A stretch of DNA of 64,000 nucleotides. Origin: Scyliorhinus canicula (taxonomy: Eukaryota). A model generated the notes under the pieces. The model worked only from the letters and a program-made list of their open reading frames with translations, was not told where the DNA came from and made no database searches. The position numbers and the translations under genes are program-made. Positions within the stretch are counted from its first letter, which is position 1. Each line of letters opens with the position of its first letter. Of the stretch, positions 12,736 to 26,578 are shown piece by piece. Location: contig NC_052146.1 in NCBI RefSeq assembly GCF_902713615.1, forward strand, positions 310,078,335 to 310,142,334. The letters run 5' to 3'.

Positions 12736-12959
12736 AGAGGAAACAATGACAATGAGCCAATGGCTGCTCCCCTTCTGGGTGGATTTTGATCAGTGACGTT
12801 TATGATTCACTGAGTGCAAGTTGCCCACATTAAGTTGGTTTAACATGAAGAGTTCACACAGCGAGGGACACATTTGCTGCAAAAATGTAAATGGTGGAAA
12901 CATTTATTGAAAATCATTGAAACCAAATTCTCTTCCCCTTGGGAACAACAACAGCTGGA

Positions 12960-13877
12960 ATGGACGGCCGCGATGCTGCGGATCTGAGTTATAGAGACCC
13001 TGAGCCACGCTGCAAACCCTCTCCAGATTCGGGAGGTACTAACTCCTCCCCCGGCGAGGAGTGTGGATGTCAGGGTCACTGAGACCGCCAAGGCCACTGA
13101 GGCTGCCGGCAGCGTGATGGACAACGCCCTGACCACCCGGGATGAGGTGGGAGCAACCCCGTATTGAAGAAGCTGGAGACAAGTTGGAAATGCAGCTGAA
13201 CTGTGTGGCTGCACCAAGGCTGGCCCCCCTTCACATCCCTGTGCCGATCAATGGACACTTCATCCAAATGGAGTTGGACACAGGTGCTGCTGTCTCAGTG
13301 GTGCCGCATGTTCTCAGGCTGGGCCTTGGGAGAATGAAGGGGGCCGTGGTGAAAATCCAAGTGGATCCGCAGGCCCAGCCCTGTTTTCTCAGGGTTCGGC
13401 CGGTCCCTCATGCTATTGTTGGGAAGGTCGAGGGTCAACTGCAGCGATTGGAGATCTGACGTTTAATTCAGCCACTTTGTTTTAGCAACTGGGCGGGGCC
13501 GGTGGTACCGGTGATGAAACCGGATCAGATGTCAGGGTCACTGAGGCCGACAAGGCTGCTAAGACTTGTCCATTCTAGTTGTTGATGGATGGAGAGGGGG
13601 CCGGCGCCGGACAACATTCTCCTTTTTCTTGTTATACCGAGACTCCTGATGTCAGGATCTCTGACTTGGATTTTGTAGTTCGATCCCTTCAGATGGTTCC
13701 CCCGCTAACTACGGGGCTGATAACCCTGTTGTATAAAAGGTCGGCCAGACAATAACTGACCGACACAGAGAGAGGACCCGGTGAGGTGTAACAGTGCCCC
13801 CTGTAAATTGCTGTTCTTATAAATAAACGTCTTCATTGCGCCGGAGCATGGCGACTCTCTGCGAGCTCTCTCACACA
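12960..13877 (+). mobile_element. Internally deleted Ty3/Gypsy remnant (protease and RT start) with 3' LTR
   Basis: ORF 13142-13459 has the aspartic protease motif MELDTGAAVSV and RPVPHAI..VEGQLQRLE; LTR 13630-13877 (TGTT...CACA, TATAAAA, AATAAA). Confidence 0.8.
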
Positions 13878-14721
13878 GATCCTCTTCTTACATCTTATAT
13901 AACCATAATAACCTCTTAAAACTTCATTCTAACACTACATTGTGTACCTTGTGTTGACCTGTTACGTATTCTCTTTTCATGGACTAAATAATGTGTTTGA
14001 GCTGCTCGCAGAAAAATACTTTTCACGAGGCCCACAGGAGAGGGATGTAAGGGCAGAGCCGGCAATGGAGGAAAGATGAGGAGGGTTTCCTTTGCATTTC
14101 AGAATGACGCTGGATTCGGCAACGGTTTTGGGAGAGGATAGCATGGAAAAATATTCTGGCCGGAATTCTCTGGCCGGTGGGACTCTCTTTTCTGGGGCAG
14201 GCGCCCCTACACCCCCCCCCCCCCCCCCCCCCTCATCTATTGGTTTCCCAGTGGGGTGGGTGGCTGCAATGGCCAATCTCATTGACAAGCGACGGTAAGA
14301 GAGAATCTCGCCGCCAGCGAACGGCGTGCCGCCGGGAAACACACGGCTGGGGGACCGGAGAATCCGGCCCTTTATGTTCTTGGATCAACGACAACTCACC
14401 TTCTGTCCAGAATTGGTACAAAATTATTATGGAGAGTATTCCAATGGCCTTTCTAACGTGTACACTTCAAGCTCAGTCAGACTCATCCAAAAAATATGGG
14501 GCCCTGATCTTAAATATAAAGGTTCCATTGTGACAGATTTATTTCTACAAGGCTTTCCGTAGAACACCCAATCCTGTCCCTGGTATAGTGTCCGTGAGGG
14601 TGTGTGCCCATTCTCCCTTTCTTCATATTCTGCTCTCATTCGCTCCATCCTTTTCATCGTTTATTTCCGGTTGAAGCACTGGGTTAGATGAACTAACAGA
14701 GTTGTTTTTCCTTTTATACGG

Positions 14722-15430
14722 TATTACGATCCCGAATAGACCCCAACAGTGGCTGGGATACAGGACAGAAACCCCAATGTTTGATTTTAATTTGAAGACT
14801 GTGAGGGAAGGATTCCTCGCTCCAGGAGTGATTCTGCAAAGAAATGGGGTGTGGAATATTAAAACAAACTTTATTACCAACAGAGGATTCAAATATCTTT
14901 AACATCCAACCAGAAAATAACTTACAATTACTCCTGAAACCATGCTACTCATTACAGTGTAAACAATGCCCTTAACTGCTATCATTACTCCCACTCAAAC
15001 AACAAGAAAACAAACCACCTCAACTCTCAGTGCACCATTAAGTAGCTACTGGCATTCAGGAAAACTTCTCTACAGAGATATTGTTTGAGAAAGCGATGCC
15101 TTGACAGTGCTTTAAAGGCAAAATCTAACTCCTGTCAGACTCACGCAGAAACGCTGGCTCCATCTCTTCAGAAACTGTTTCAATTGGTTTGTTCACCTTT
15201 CCAACCAGACTGACCAACTGCAGGCACTCTTTTCCCCTCCCTCCCACTCCATTCTCCCTGCCCCCACTACACATTAATACACCTCCCCATGGGACTCCAA
15301 CTAGGGTCTGCACCTGGTACTGTATCCTACCAGGGGGACAAGGGCATTTCCCTCCATCCCCTCCCTCCCCCTGCACTCCCAGAGGGATCCCCTCAGCTGC
15401 TTCTCATCTGGCCAAATCTGTTGTAAAACC
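14722..15430. mobile_element. LTR-like sequence
   Basis: Begins TATTACGATCCCG (TGTTAC-like terminus); reverse-strand AATAAA near 14870; resembles the LTR-like segment near 49170; boundaries approximate. Confidence 0.4.
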
Positions 15431-17358
15431 CGTTGCCCTGACGTCAGCAAGGTATGAATATTTACTGAGGAGGGGGTCACATGGGGTGGGGGGTTAATAA
15501 GATTCAAATGGGTGGAAATGTATTCAAATGGGTTTCAGGCCCCTGGTGATTGTGATGCTAAGACCAGGTCATGAAATGAGCTATTGATCTGAAATTGAAT
15601 AGAAAATCATATTGAGTTGTCACACATAGATTATGTGTTAATGAAACTAAAGTAAATGTAATTTAAGCTTGTGAGTGACGTATAATACAGCTGCAGTTTT
15701 CACAGGGTGAGACCTTACTCTTCCACCCTTATCTCTTCATTATTCTTGGTCACTTTCTTTCACTGGCCATTGAGTGGGGTGATCTGAACAGGGAGAGAAT
15801 TCACTTTCTTTTTGTTTTCAATTCCAGTTTTCCCTTCCCGTAACTTGTGTTAAATTCCAATTGATCCCATAATCTATTGTAACTTGAATGTGATCTCTGA
15901 ATCATTGGATTGATATCGCTTTCTCTCTGACACTCCCCATTTGCAAATCATCTCACTCAAATATCATTCAAAATAACATCATGCAGGGACTTAAAATATT
16001 CTCCAGCTCTCCAAATTGCCTGTATCCATCTTGTAGATATTCCTCACCAGGTTTACTTGCTACCAAGCCCTTACTTGTTCTTATCCAAATAATTTACCCT
16101 TTCACTTCAATAGTGCTCATTTCGGCAGGTACCAGTGTGTTTGATTCTATAACAATTATTTTAAAGTCAGTTTCTCTATGGAGTCTGTGCCTTGATCACT
16201 TCATGATGTTGTTTTACTCTGTTTGCCCCATTGGCCATTTCCAGCCATGCTGTTTGTCAAGTAGTGTGTACGCATGGGACCTGCTCTTTAGTGCATAATG
16301 GCCAGCCTGCTGATTAGTCACTTCACATGTAATTAATCTGCACACGCACGCAGTGCCCCCATTGTCATATCACACATTCCTGAGTCTTTTGTGAACTTAT
16401 CGAAAGAGCTCAAAGTTGTTGCTTATCTCTCCATGTGTGGTCTTCATGCCTTGGGTGGTGGCCAGAGTATCAAACTTTGTTCTCTTAAATAAAAGCATAG
16501 ACAAGGACACAAACATTACCAAGAGAAAGTTCATCAATTTACCAGCCTCCTCCAGACTTTCCCCTTCGTATTGATGCCAGATTGAAATATTCCGTTGAAT
16601 TGCTCCCGATATTCCAATTCCAATTTCCTGTTTACATTTCCTGGCTCAATTGTTTACCCTCAATTACTCAATCCAATCCCAACCACGAGCCCTGGAGAAA
16701 TCGTGCAATCCTATAAGATATCTTTATGCTTAAAACAGAAATCAAACATTTCTCTTTGATTCCAGGCAGTAATATTTTGATTATTTGTTCTGTGTCTCAA
16801 ATTACATCTTTTTTTTTACCGCAGCTTGCTAAATTTCATTGCCTTTCTACCCCAGAATTGTCCCAAATTCAAACAACAATGTTACTGGCTTTCAGAGTTT
16901 TTATTAATGTCCAGTTCATCTCTTCTTTGTCTTAAGTGGTGGAATCTCTTCTTCTTCAAAAGGATTTGTCCTTATGTCCATGGACACCAGCTAACTGCAA
17001 ATCTTGTTCCACTTGCAATGCTGTAAATTAAAACACAAAATTCCATTCTGCAAAATGGGTTAATTAATCGGAACATACCTGACAATTCAAACATAATATT
17101 TACAATTCACAATTCCTGTAAAAATATAAATACATCTTCAGCTGTTAACAGGCAAGGGTTAATTCTCTGCTCGTTTGAAAAAGGGGCGGATTAAAAGTTT
17201 TCAACTGGACGTCATTACATCACCACCTCTCAGGGGAAACCGTTTATTTTAACAATCGCCACTTTACACTCCGATCTCAGAATTTTCCTGTCTTTCTTTT
17301 TGTGTCAGGAATAATTCTTTTTTGAACCTGACAAGAAGTTTTAACTCAAGATCAATCC

Positions 17359-17858
17359 NNNNNNNNNNNNNNNNNNNNNNNNNNNNNNNNNNNNNNNNNN
17401 NNNNNNNNNNNNNNNNNNNNNNNNNNNNNNNNNNNNNNNNNNNNNNNNNNNNNNNNNNNNNNNNNNNNNNNNNNNNNNNNNNNNNNNNNNNNNNNNNNNN
17501 NNNNNNNNNNNNNNNNNNNNNNNNNNNNNNNNNNNNNNNNNNNNNNNNNNNNNNNNNNNNNNNNNNNNNNNNNNNNNNNNNNNNNNNNNNNNNNNNNNNN
17601 NNNNNNNNNNNNNNNNNNNNNNNNNNNNNNNNNNNNNNNNNNNNNNNNNNNNNNNNNNNNNNNNNNNNNNNNNNNNNNNNNNNNNNNNNNNNNNNNNNNN
17701 NNNNNNNNNNNNNNNNNNNNNNNNNNNNNNNNNNNNNNNNNNNNNNNNNNNNNNNNNNNNNNNNNNNNNNNNNNNNNNNNNNNNNNNNNNNNNNNNNNNN
17801 NNNNNNNNNNNNNNNNNNNNNNNNNNNNNNNNNNNNNNNNNNNNNNNNNNNNNNNNNN
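17359..17858. other. Assembly gap (500 N)
   Basis: Run of N. Confidence 1.
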
Positions 17859-19030
17859 ACGAAAAGTCATTGGCAAAGAGAGTTAAGGAAAATCCTCAGG
17901 CTTTTTACACATACATAAAAAACAAGAGGGTAGCCAGGGAGAGGGTTGGCCCACTGAAGGAGAGGGGAGAGAATCTATGTGTGGAGCCAGAGGAAATGGG
18001 CGAGGTACTAAATGAATACTTTGCATCAGTATTCACCAAAGAGAAGGAATTGGTGGATGTTGAGTCTGGAGAAGGATGTGTCGATAGCCTGGGTCACATT
18101 GAGATCCAAAAAGACGAGGTGTTGGGCGTCTTGAATAATATTAAGGTAGATAAGTCCCCAGGGCCTGATGGGATCTACTCCAGAATACTGAAGGAGGCTA
18201 GAGAGGATACCACAGGATTTAGATCATTTGGAGACTTGGGCGGACAGATGGCAGATGGAATTTAATCCAAATGTGAGGTAGTGCATTTTGGAAGGTCTAA
18301 TGTAGGTAGGGAATATACAGTGAATGGTAGAACCCTCAAGAGTATTGACAGTCAGAGAGATCTAGGTGTACAAGTCCACAGGTCACTGAAAGGAGCAACA
18401 CAGGTTGAGAAGGTAGTCAAGACGGCATACGGCATGCTTACCTTCATTGGCCGGGGCATTGAGTATAAAAATTGGCAAGTCATGTTGCAGCTGTATAGAA
18501 CCTTAGTTAGGCCACACTTGGAGTATAGTGTTCAATTCTGGTCACCACACTACCAGAAGGATGTGGAGGCTTTAGAGAGGGTGCAGAAGAGATTTACCAG
18601 GATATTGCCTGGTATGGAGGGCATTAGCTATGAGGAGAGGTTGAATAAACTCGGTTTGTTCTCACTGGAACGACAGAGGTTGAGGGGCGACCTGATAGAG
18701 GTCTACAAAATTATGAAGGGCATAGACAGTGTGGATAGTCAGAGGCTTTTCCCCAGGGTAGAGGGGTCAATTATTAGGTTTAAGATGCAAGGGGCAAGGT
18801 TTAGAGGAGATGGTCGAGACACGTTTTTTACACAGAGGGTAGTGGGTACTTGGAATTCGCTGCTGGAGGAGGTGGTGGAAGTAGGGATGATAGTGATGTT
18901 TAAGGGGCATCTTGACAAATACATGAATAGGATGGGAATAGAGGGATACGGACCCAGGAAGTGTAGAAGATTTTAGTTTAGATGGGCAGCATGGTCGGCA
19001 CGGGCTTGGAGGGCCGAAGGGCCTGTGGCC
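17859..19030 (+). mobile_element. CR1 LINE ORF2 fragments with internal deletion, plus 3' UTR
   Basis: KENPQAFYTYIKNKR, DKSPGPDGIY, then a jump to WQMEF and LEYSVQFWSPHYQKDV. Confidence 0.92.
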
Positions 19031-20181
19031 ACAAGGCATGATGGGGTTTAGGTTAGCTAACTTGCCCATGTTTTTGAGATAGTAAGCACAATTTTATCAG
19101 TGGCCTCCGATATCCTCTGGAAGCGAAAAGGAAGTCACTTCTGATATCCTGTCATTCTGAAACATTCCATGGAGTAAAGAGGATGCCAGTTCTGCCACCC
19201 TGTCCCTCATGAACAATGGGTGTGAAGGATGTTGAGATGGGGAAACACAACTTAGATTATTAGGATTGACGTCAAGCCTTTTGTAAATACAGCTAACAGG
19301 ATGAAGTTCAATCACAGGTTGATCACAATTTTATTGGCTAAAGTTTAAACATGACAGCTTCAGGGATTGGATTGTGTCCAACTGGGGTAGGCTATTGATT
19401 TTTGGAAATTGTATAATTGATGTGTTTTTATCTGTGTTTAGTAGATAGATCTTGGCAGACATCCAGATCTCATCTCCGTGTAAACAAATTCAAGCTTGGA
19501 AAAATAAACCCGTCTTATCCAGATTCTTGATGTGTCTGTTGCTCTCTGTTCTGAGTTGAACCACAGGGAAGGACCCCATGTGGAAGCTGACTCAATACAC
19601 AGGTCTTGAAACTGGTTCTGCAGCAATGTGCCCTGATTGGATCAAAACGTTGTAATTATATTCCAGATAGTTCCAAACAAATCACTAATTTGACAAATCA
19701 CATCAAAAGGAAGTGGAAAAATTAAAACAATCTGAGTCTAACTGTTTGGATTTGGCCTACTGATTGGTTGGGATCCTGAGGAGTTTCAGCGGTGCAAGGT
19801 CTGGGTATGTTCTTTGCAGGTATTTTTGCGATATATCTTGTATTTCTGACAACCAAATGTATCTGTAAAAGGATGTCAGGAAACCCTGAAGTAGCAATCC
19901 CTTTCCAGGGCATGGCAGGCTCTTTTATTGATTCCTTAATATTGATGAATCTATTAATTGGTTTATTTTAATAAGTTTAAAATAATAAAAAAGGGGGAGT
20001 GATAGATTACAGGTTTATTGATTTGCTAATTGCTTCATTGATTTATTTGGGACCTTTAAGAATTGATGCAGTATAATTTTTAAATTTAGTTCTTGGGCAG
20101 AAAATGGAATGTCCACAAAGCCAAAGTCATGGTTTCAGAGAGAAATATGAGAACTGCTGGTCAAAGCTAATAATGTTTCTG

Positions 20182-20405
20182 GGCAGCACGGTGGCGCAGT
20201 GGGTAAGCCCTGTTGCCTCACGGCGCCGAGGTCCCAGGTTCGATCCCGGCTCTGGGTCACTGTCCGTGTGGAGTTTGCACATTCTCCCCATGTTTGCATG
20301 GGATTCGCCCCCACAGCCCAAAAGATCTGCAGTGTAGGTGAATTGGCCATGCTAAATTGCCCCTCAATTGAAAAAAAATGAATTGGGTACTCTAAATTTT
20401 TTTTA
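20182..20405 (+). mobile_element. HE1/V-SINE-like tRNA-derived SINE
   Basis: A box TGGCGCAGTGG, B box GGTTCGATCCC, conserved core, AT-rich tail. Confidence 0.92.
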
Positions 20406-20479
20406 AAAAGCCAATAATGTTTCAAAAGTCACCTTCATAAGGCCTTTGTGATAAATAGGTCTTTGTTAAAACGATGAAA

Positions 20480-21230
20480 TATTAAAGCATGCCGCTGTTC
20501 AGAGAGACTTGGGTGTGCTAGTGCATGAGTCACAGAAAGTTGGTTTACAAGTGCAACAGGTGATTAAGAAGGCAAATGGAATTTTGTCCTTCATTGCAAG
20601 AGGGATGGAGTTTAAGACTAGGGAGGTTATGTTGCAATTGTATAAGGTGTTAGTGTGGCCACACCTGGAGTATTGTGTTCAGTTTTGGTCTCCTTACTTG
20701 AGAAAGGACGTACTGGCGCTGGAGGGTGTGCAGAGGAGATTCACTAGGTTAATCCCAGAGCTGAAGGGGTTGGATTACGAGGAGAGGTTGAGTAGACTGG
20801 GACTGTACTCGTTGGAATTTAGAAGGATGAGGGGGGGATCTTATAGAAACATATAAAATTATGAAGGGAATAGATAGGATTGATGCGGGCAGGTTGTTTC
20901 CACTGGCGGGTGACAGCAGAACTAGGGCGCATAGCCTCAAAATAAGGGGAAGTAGATTTAGGACTGAGTTTAGGAGGAACTTCTTCACCCAAAGGATTGT
21001 GAATCTATGGAATTCCTTGTCCAGTGAAGCAGTTGAGGCACCTTCATTACATGTTTTTAAGGTAAAGATAGATAGTTTTTTGGAGAATAAAGGGATTAAG
21101 GGTTATGGTGTTCGGGCCGGAAAGTGGAGCTGAGTCCACAAAAGATCAGCCATGATCTCATTGAATGGCGGAGCAGGCTCGAGGGGCCAGATGGCCTACT
21201 CCTGCTCCTAGTTCTTATGTTCTTATCTTC
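20480..21230 (+). mobile_element. CR1 LINE 3' fragment (second family, TCTTATGT-type tail)
   Basis: LEYCVQFWSPYLRKDVLALEGVQRRFTRLIP; tail TTCTTATGTTCTTATCTTCTTATGTT. Confidence 0.92.
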
Positions 21231-21829
21231 TTATGTTCCACAATACGTTTAGTAATAAAAATGTATCATAAGCAAGGTTAGTTCAAGCACTTTATCTGGG
21301 GCCAAATAGCACACATGGCAGATGCATGTGGACATTTAATTAATTTTATGGACATTGGTGAATTTTAAGTAATGACCAATGCCTGGATAACAAATCATCT
21401 TCTAAGTGACAGACGGTTGTTTGTATAAATCAGAAAGCCTCAGCTGAGAAGTAGAACAATGTAACGAAGTAAGGGGCTAAACCCAGATAAGGATTTCCTA
21501 AAGAATGTTAGGTGTGATTCTCCGATGTCACGCCGGTTGGGAGAATAGGAGGCCGCGCCAGCTATTCACGCGACGCCGGTCTAACGCGCTCCCGCTATTC
21601 TTCCAAACGGCCAAATGTGTTCCATCGTGTTTCGCGCGCAAAAACACAGAGAATCGCCCGATGCAGCCAAAACGGCGATTCTCCGGCTCCCCCTCTATTC
21701 TCCGGCCCGGATGGGCTGAAGTCTACACCTGCTTTGAGGAGTGACACGAGCAGTGAGGAGGTGAGCGGACCGTCCCAGAGTCTTCGCAAACTGGGGATGG
21801 CATACCCGAGAACGCAGCGGCCAGTGGGG

Positions 21830-22350
21830 GGGGGGGGGGAGTGTGAGGGGGGGAGAGAGGGAGAAGTGGGAGGGGGGGGAGGGAGAAGTGGGAGGGGGGA
21901 GAGAGGGAGAAGTGGGTGGGGGGGGGAGAGGGAGAAGTGGGAGGGGGGAGAGAGGGAGATGTGGGAGGGGGGGAGAGGGAGAAGTGGGAGGGGGGAGAGG
22001 GAGAAGTGGGAGGGGGGAGAGAGGGAGATGTGGGAGGGGGGGAGAGGGAGAAGTGGGAGGGGGGGAGAGGGAGAAGTGGGAGGGGGGGAGAGAGGGAGAT
22101 GTGGGAGGGGGGGGAGAGGGAGAAGTGAGAGGGGGGAGAGAGGGAGATGTGGGAGGGGGGAGGGAGAAGTGGGAGGGGGGAGAGAGAGAGAAGTGGGAGG
22201 GGGGAGAGGGAGAAGTGGGAGGGGGGAGAGAGGGAGAAGTGGGAGGGGGGAGAGAGGGAGATGTGGGAGGGGGGAGAGAGGGAGAAGTGGGAGGGGGGAG
22301 AGAGGGAGAAGTGGGAGGGGGGGAGAGAGGGAGATGTGGGAGAGGGGAGG
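21830..22350. repeat. Purine-rich ~21-23 bp minisatellite inside Harbinger
   Basis: Unit ~GGGAGAAGTGGGAGGGGGGAGA; source of the G/E/R-rich and P/S/L-rich ORFs. Confidence 0.93.
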
Positions 22351-22665
22351 GAGTGTGTGGGGTGGGTCGTCCACCTCTGGATGCAACATGTCCCCGCCCA
22401 GCCATGGCAGGACGGTCACGAGGACACGGCCGCTGATTGCCCTGTGGCTGATGGGCACAGCCCACTGACGCACCGGTCAGGAAGACATTCTTAACTGCCC
22501 TTTGGACACAGAAAGTGACCAGGGGTTAGGCTGGCTGCATGTGAGAAATGCGACCAGGCCACGGGACATACAGTTATCCCGTGGCAGGCGGCTGCCGAGG
22601 TGTCAACTAACCTCCGTCTAACATGTTGTTTCTCTGTCCCTCACACATCACCGTAGGTTAGCAAA

Positions 22666-23928
22666 ATGCATTCAAACAGAACGGCTATGTTCAGCTCAGT
22701 GGTTGGGGCCGCTGCACTGCAGTTGGAGATGGAGCAGCGTCCACAGCCACATCCCACAGTGGATGCAGGGGCAGCTGCAGCAGCAGCAGAGGGAATGGCC
22801 GCGGAGTGGCCCATCATTGAGCAGCATGGGGGGAGGAGGAAGAGGAGGAAGAGGAGAGAGTGAGGGTGCAGCCAGGGCGCCAGAGGCGACGATTGAGGCC
22901 GAGGGTGTTCCGTGCCCGGATCTCTTTCGAGACACTACTGGATATCACCTGCAGGAGGAGACTCCGGTTCAGCAGAGAGATGGTTGCACATATCTGTCAC
23001 CTCGTGGCGCACCTCGCCCCACGTGGAATGGGAGGAGGACACGCGATCCCGGTTGCCGTCAAGGTGACGGTGGCACTTAACTTTTATGCTACCGGCTCCT
23101 TCCAGTCTCCGAGCGGGAACCTATCCGGGATATCGCAGGCATCGATCCACAGGGGCATCCGGGATGTGACCGACGCCCTGTTTGCCATCGCTGACCGCTA
23201 CATCACCTTTCCCGAGGACCAAGCAACTCAGGAAGCACGGGCCCGTGGATTTGCCAACATGGCTGGGATACCGATGGTCCAGGGAGTGATTGATGGTTTT
23301 CACGTCCCCATGCACAGGGAAGTGTTCACAAACAGGCGGGGGACACACTCCATGAACATTCAGGTGGTATGCGACCCCCACATGAAGATCATGCACGTGT
23401 GCGCAAGGTTCCCTGGAAGTGTGCATGATGCGTACATTCTTGCGCAGTCGGTCATCCCTGCGATGTTTGAGGGACGCCCCCCCCCGGCTGAGGGGCTGGT
23501 TGCTGGGCGACAGGGGTTATCCATTGATGTCGTGGCTGATGACGCCTATACGGAGGCCTCAGACCAACGCGGAGACCCTTTACAACAAGGCCCATGCAGC
23601 AACGGTGGAGCGCTGCTTTGGTCTCCTGGAAATGAGATTCAGGTGCCTGGACCGCTCCGGAGGGGCCCTGCAGTACCAGCCTGAGAGGGTCGCTCGCATT
23701 GTTGTGGTCTGCTGTGCGCTGCACAACATCCCGATGCAGAGGGGAGATGCCCTGGTGGAGGAGGCGGAGGGAGAAGCCAGTGGCAGTGGTGACAACACGG
23801 AGACGGAGGAGGAGGAGGAAGAGGAGGTGGAGGAGTTTGGCGTGCAGCAGGTTGGCACATCGGGTGCAGCACACAGACACGATCCGGGTGCTGCTCATGT
23901 CCAGGAGGCTGCACAACGGCACAGGTGA
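22666..23928 (+). pseudogene. Harbinger DDE transposase (HARBI1/DDE_Tnp_4-like), frameshifted
   Basis: ALNFYATGSFQ, GVIDG, NRRGTHSMNIQVVCD, FPGSVHD, then after a frameshift in the C-run at ~23480 [23 protein letters not shown]; small in-frame deletions also apparent. Confidence 0.92.
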
Positions 23929-24307
23929 GGACAGCGGCCACACAACGCTTTGGTGGCTGCAAGATTCACGCGCCGCGTACGACGGCATCGATGAACACTA
24001 CCACTACCACCTGCATCGCCGCTCGTCCACCCCAGCGACACTCGGTCACCATCACGGAAAAATCACACAGTCTTACAAGTAAGGTGCAACAGAGAGTTTA
24101 ATGGTGAATATTATGTACAGATACACTAATTTGTGCCCTTCACCCGTGCCAACTTACTATGTGTCCCTCTTCATTGCCTTATGGGAACCTACCACTACGT
24201 CTAAGTGAATCCCCAGATGGTACAGCAGGAGTGGAGGAGGACTGCTGAGAATCACCCCCTGCCGCATGTCTCCCCGTCGGCACTCGTTTCCAGGGGTGAC
24301 CCAACCT

Positions 24308-26578
24308 TCATGGGCCAGGCTGCTCTGCGGGCGTCTCGGGTGATATTGTGCCACCCTGCTCTGCCCGCTGCCCACCCGATGCACCAGGGATGGGACGGGG
24401 GGAGGCCGAGAATTCCAGGACGTCCCGTGATGGAGCTAATGGGACGGGCCCCAAAACCTCCTCCTCCCTCGGGGAGCCCGGTGGCCCCCGGGCCTCACTG
24501 TGGGACAGAGGTGCGAGCGGGGAGGTGCCCCGTCGCGCCACTGACACCTGGCGCTGCCAGTCCTGGAGGCCTGCAACGGTATCCACCAGGATCCGAAGGT
24601 TCGCAGAGACGGAGTCCAGGGAGTGAGACATTCCCGCCAGGGACTGTGCAACCTCAACCTGTGTGTGCACGACGCCATCCAGCACATGTGTCAGGCGGTT
24701 GATGCTCTCGGCGACTGACTGCTGGGACTGGCCATGACCTGCTGAGACTCGGCCAGGGCCCGTAGCACGCCGGCAATGTCATGCTGGCTCTGGCGCATTG
24801 CTGCCTGTGAGTGGGAAACCCTGTCCAGGGCCATGGATGAAGCACATTAAGCCCAACGCCTTGCATAACCTGACCCATGGCCGAAACCGTTTCACCCATT
24901 GCCTCCACCGCGGAAGCCACCCGTGCGGTGTTGGCCTGGGTGGCTGCCATGAGCGGCACCACTCCATGCTCCTGGACGCGGTTTGACTCCTCTAACTGCG
25001 TCTGCAGCTGCTGGAAGACAGCCCTCATCCCGTCATTGTGTCCCTGGGTTTGAAAATGCATCGGCTGTGCGGGTGGGTCGAGTAAATCCAGGAACCCGGG
25101 AAACGTCTGGGCGGCAGCTGCATGCTGGGCCTGGGCTGAGTGTGAGGGGACAGAGGATGGGGAGGTCCAGTGGGTAGAGTGTGAGGGGACAGAGGATGGG
25201 GAGGTCCAGTGGGTAGAGTGTGAGGGGACAGAGGATGGGGGGGTCCAGTGGGTAGAGTGTGAGGGGACAGAGGATGGGGGGGTCCAGTGGGTAGAGTGTG
25301 AGGGGACAGAGGATGGGGGGGTCCAGTGGGTAGAGTGTGAGGGGACAAAGGATGGGGGGGGTCCAGTGGGTAGAGTGTGAGGGGACAGAGGATGGGGGGT
25401 CCAGTGGGTAGAGTGTGAGGGGACAGAGGATGGGGGGGTCCAGTGGGTAGAGTGTGAGGGGACAGAGGATGGGGGGGTCCAGTGGGTAGAGTGTGAGGGG
25501 ACAGAGGATGGGGGGGGGGGGTCCAGTGGGCTGAGTGTGAGGGGACAGAGGATGGGGGGGTCCAGTGGGTAGAGTGTGAGGGGACAGAGGATGGGGGGGT
25601 ACAGTGGGTACAGTGTGAGGGGACAGAGGATGGGGGGGTCCAGTGGGTAGAGTGTGAGGGGACAGAGGATGGGGGGGTCCAGTGGGCTGAGTGTGAGGGG
25701 ACAGAGGATGGGGGGGTCCAGTGGGTAGAGTGTGAGGGGACAGAGAATGGGGGGGTCCAGTGGGTAGAGTGTGAGGGGACAGAGGATGGGGGGTTCCAGT
25801 GGGTAGAGTGTGAGGGGACAGAGGATGGGGGGGGTCCAGTGGGTAGAGTGTGAGGGGACAGAGGATGGGCTGGAGGGGTTGGGGTTGTCATGCAGGGTTG
25901 TCTCACTTGGTTCAGCACCTCCAACCTCGCATTCGACGAAAGCTGGCAGATCCCCCAGAAAGGTCCAGTGCCCTCTGTTCAAAGACTGTCAGGGGGTGCA
26001 GAATGGGTGAACCCCCTCCGGTCCTGTTCCGCTCCCGGTTGTTGTGCGCAGTCTTGTCCTGTTGGGTGGGGGCATAATAGATCATCACAATTAGGCAGGT
26101 ATCATCAGGGCGTTCAGATATTGGCACAGGTTGGGGGGAAAGTTGCAGCTACACCATGGCATCTCTCCAGGGGGGTCGCAGCGCTCATGTGGGTCTGTGA
26201 TAACTTTGTTAACCACCCTCTACTCACTCTCGCCCCCCCTCCCCCCTCCCCCTCATGCCCAGGGGGAGGTGGGTGATGAGGGACATGGGGGGGGGGGGGA
26301 TGGTTGTGACCCGGGGGCACCCTCTTGGCACTTACCCTGGCAACCCTGGTGATGTCGTGGAGCTTCTTGCGGCACTGCTCCCCGGACCGAGGGGTCTGCC
26401 CCACAGCACTGACTGCCGTGCCCACCTCACACCAGGCCCGTGGCACAACGCTGGAAGGGTGGCGATGCCCTCGTCTAGGGCAGAGGATGCCCATGCGCTG
26501 CTCCACCTCATCGAGGAGGGTCTCCAGGTCAGTCTCACCAAACCTCTGTGCGGCCCTCCGTGGCTCCGACATTTTCAC
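24308..26578 (-). pseudogene. Harbinger ORF2, Myb/SANT (NAIF1-like) DNA-binding protein, multi-exon
   Basis: First exon RFGETDLETLLDEVEQR...AWCEVGTAVSAVGQTPRSGEQCRKKLHDI; second piece NNRERNRTGGG..LTVFEQRAL; downstream coiled-coil-like pieces at 24308-25100. Exon structure not fully resolved. Confidence 0.85.
25140..25870. repeat. ~39-40 bp G-rich minisatellite inside Harbinger ORF2 region
   Basis: Unit GTCCAGTGGGTAGAGTGTGAGGGGACAGAGGATGGGGGG. Confidence 0.95.

Noticed and set aside
17322-17918. ORFs of 198 and 174 aa (also 61614-61840)
   Set aside because: Artefacts of translation through N gaps.
19100-20000. Possible small minus-strand exons (e.g. ...LEFVYTEM...)
   Set aside because: No consistent phase chain or homology; indistinguishable from chance.
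20182-20260. tRNA gene (A and B boxes)
   Set aside because: The boxes belong to SINE heads continuing into the V-SINE core; no cloverleaf is supported.
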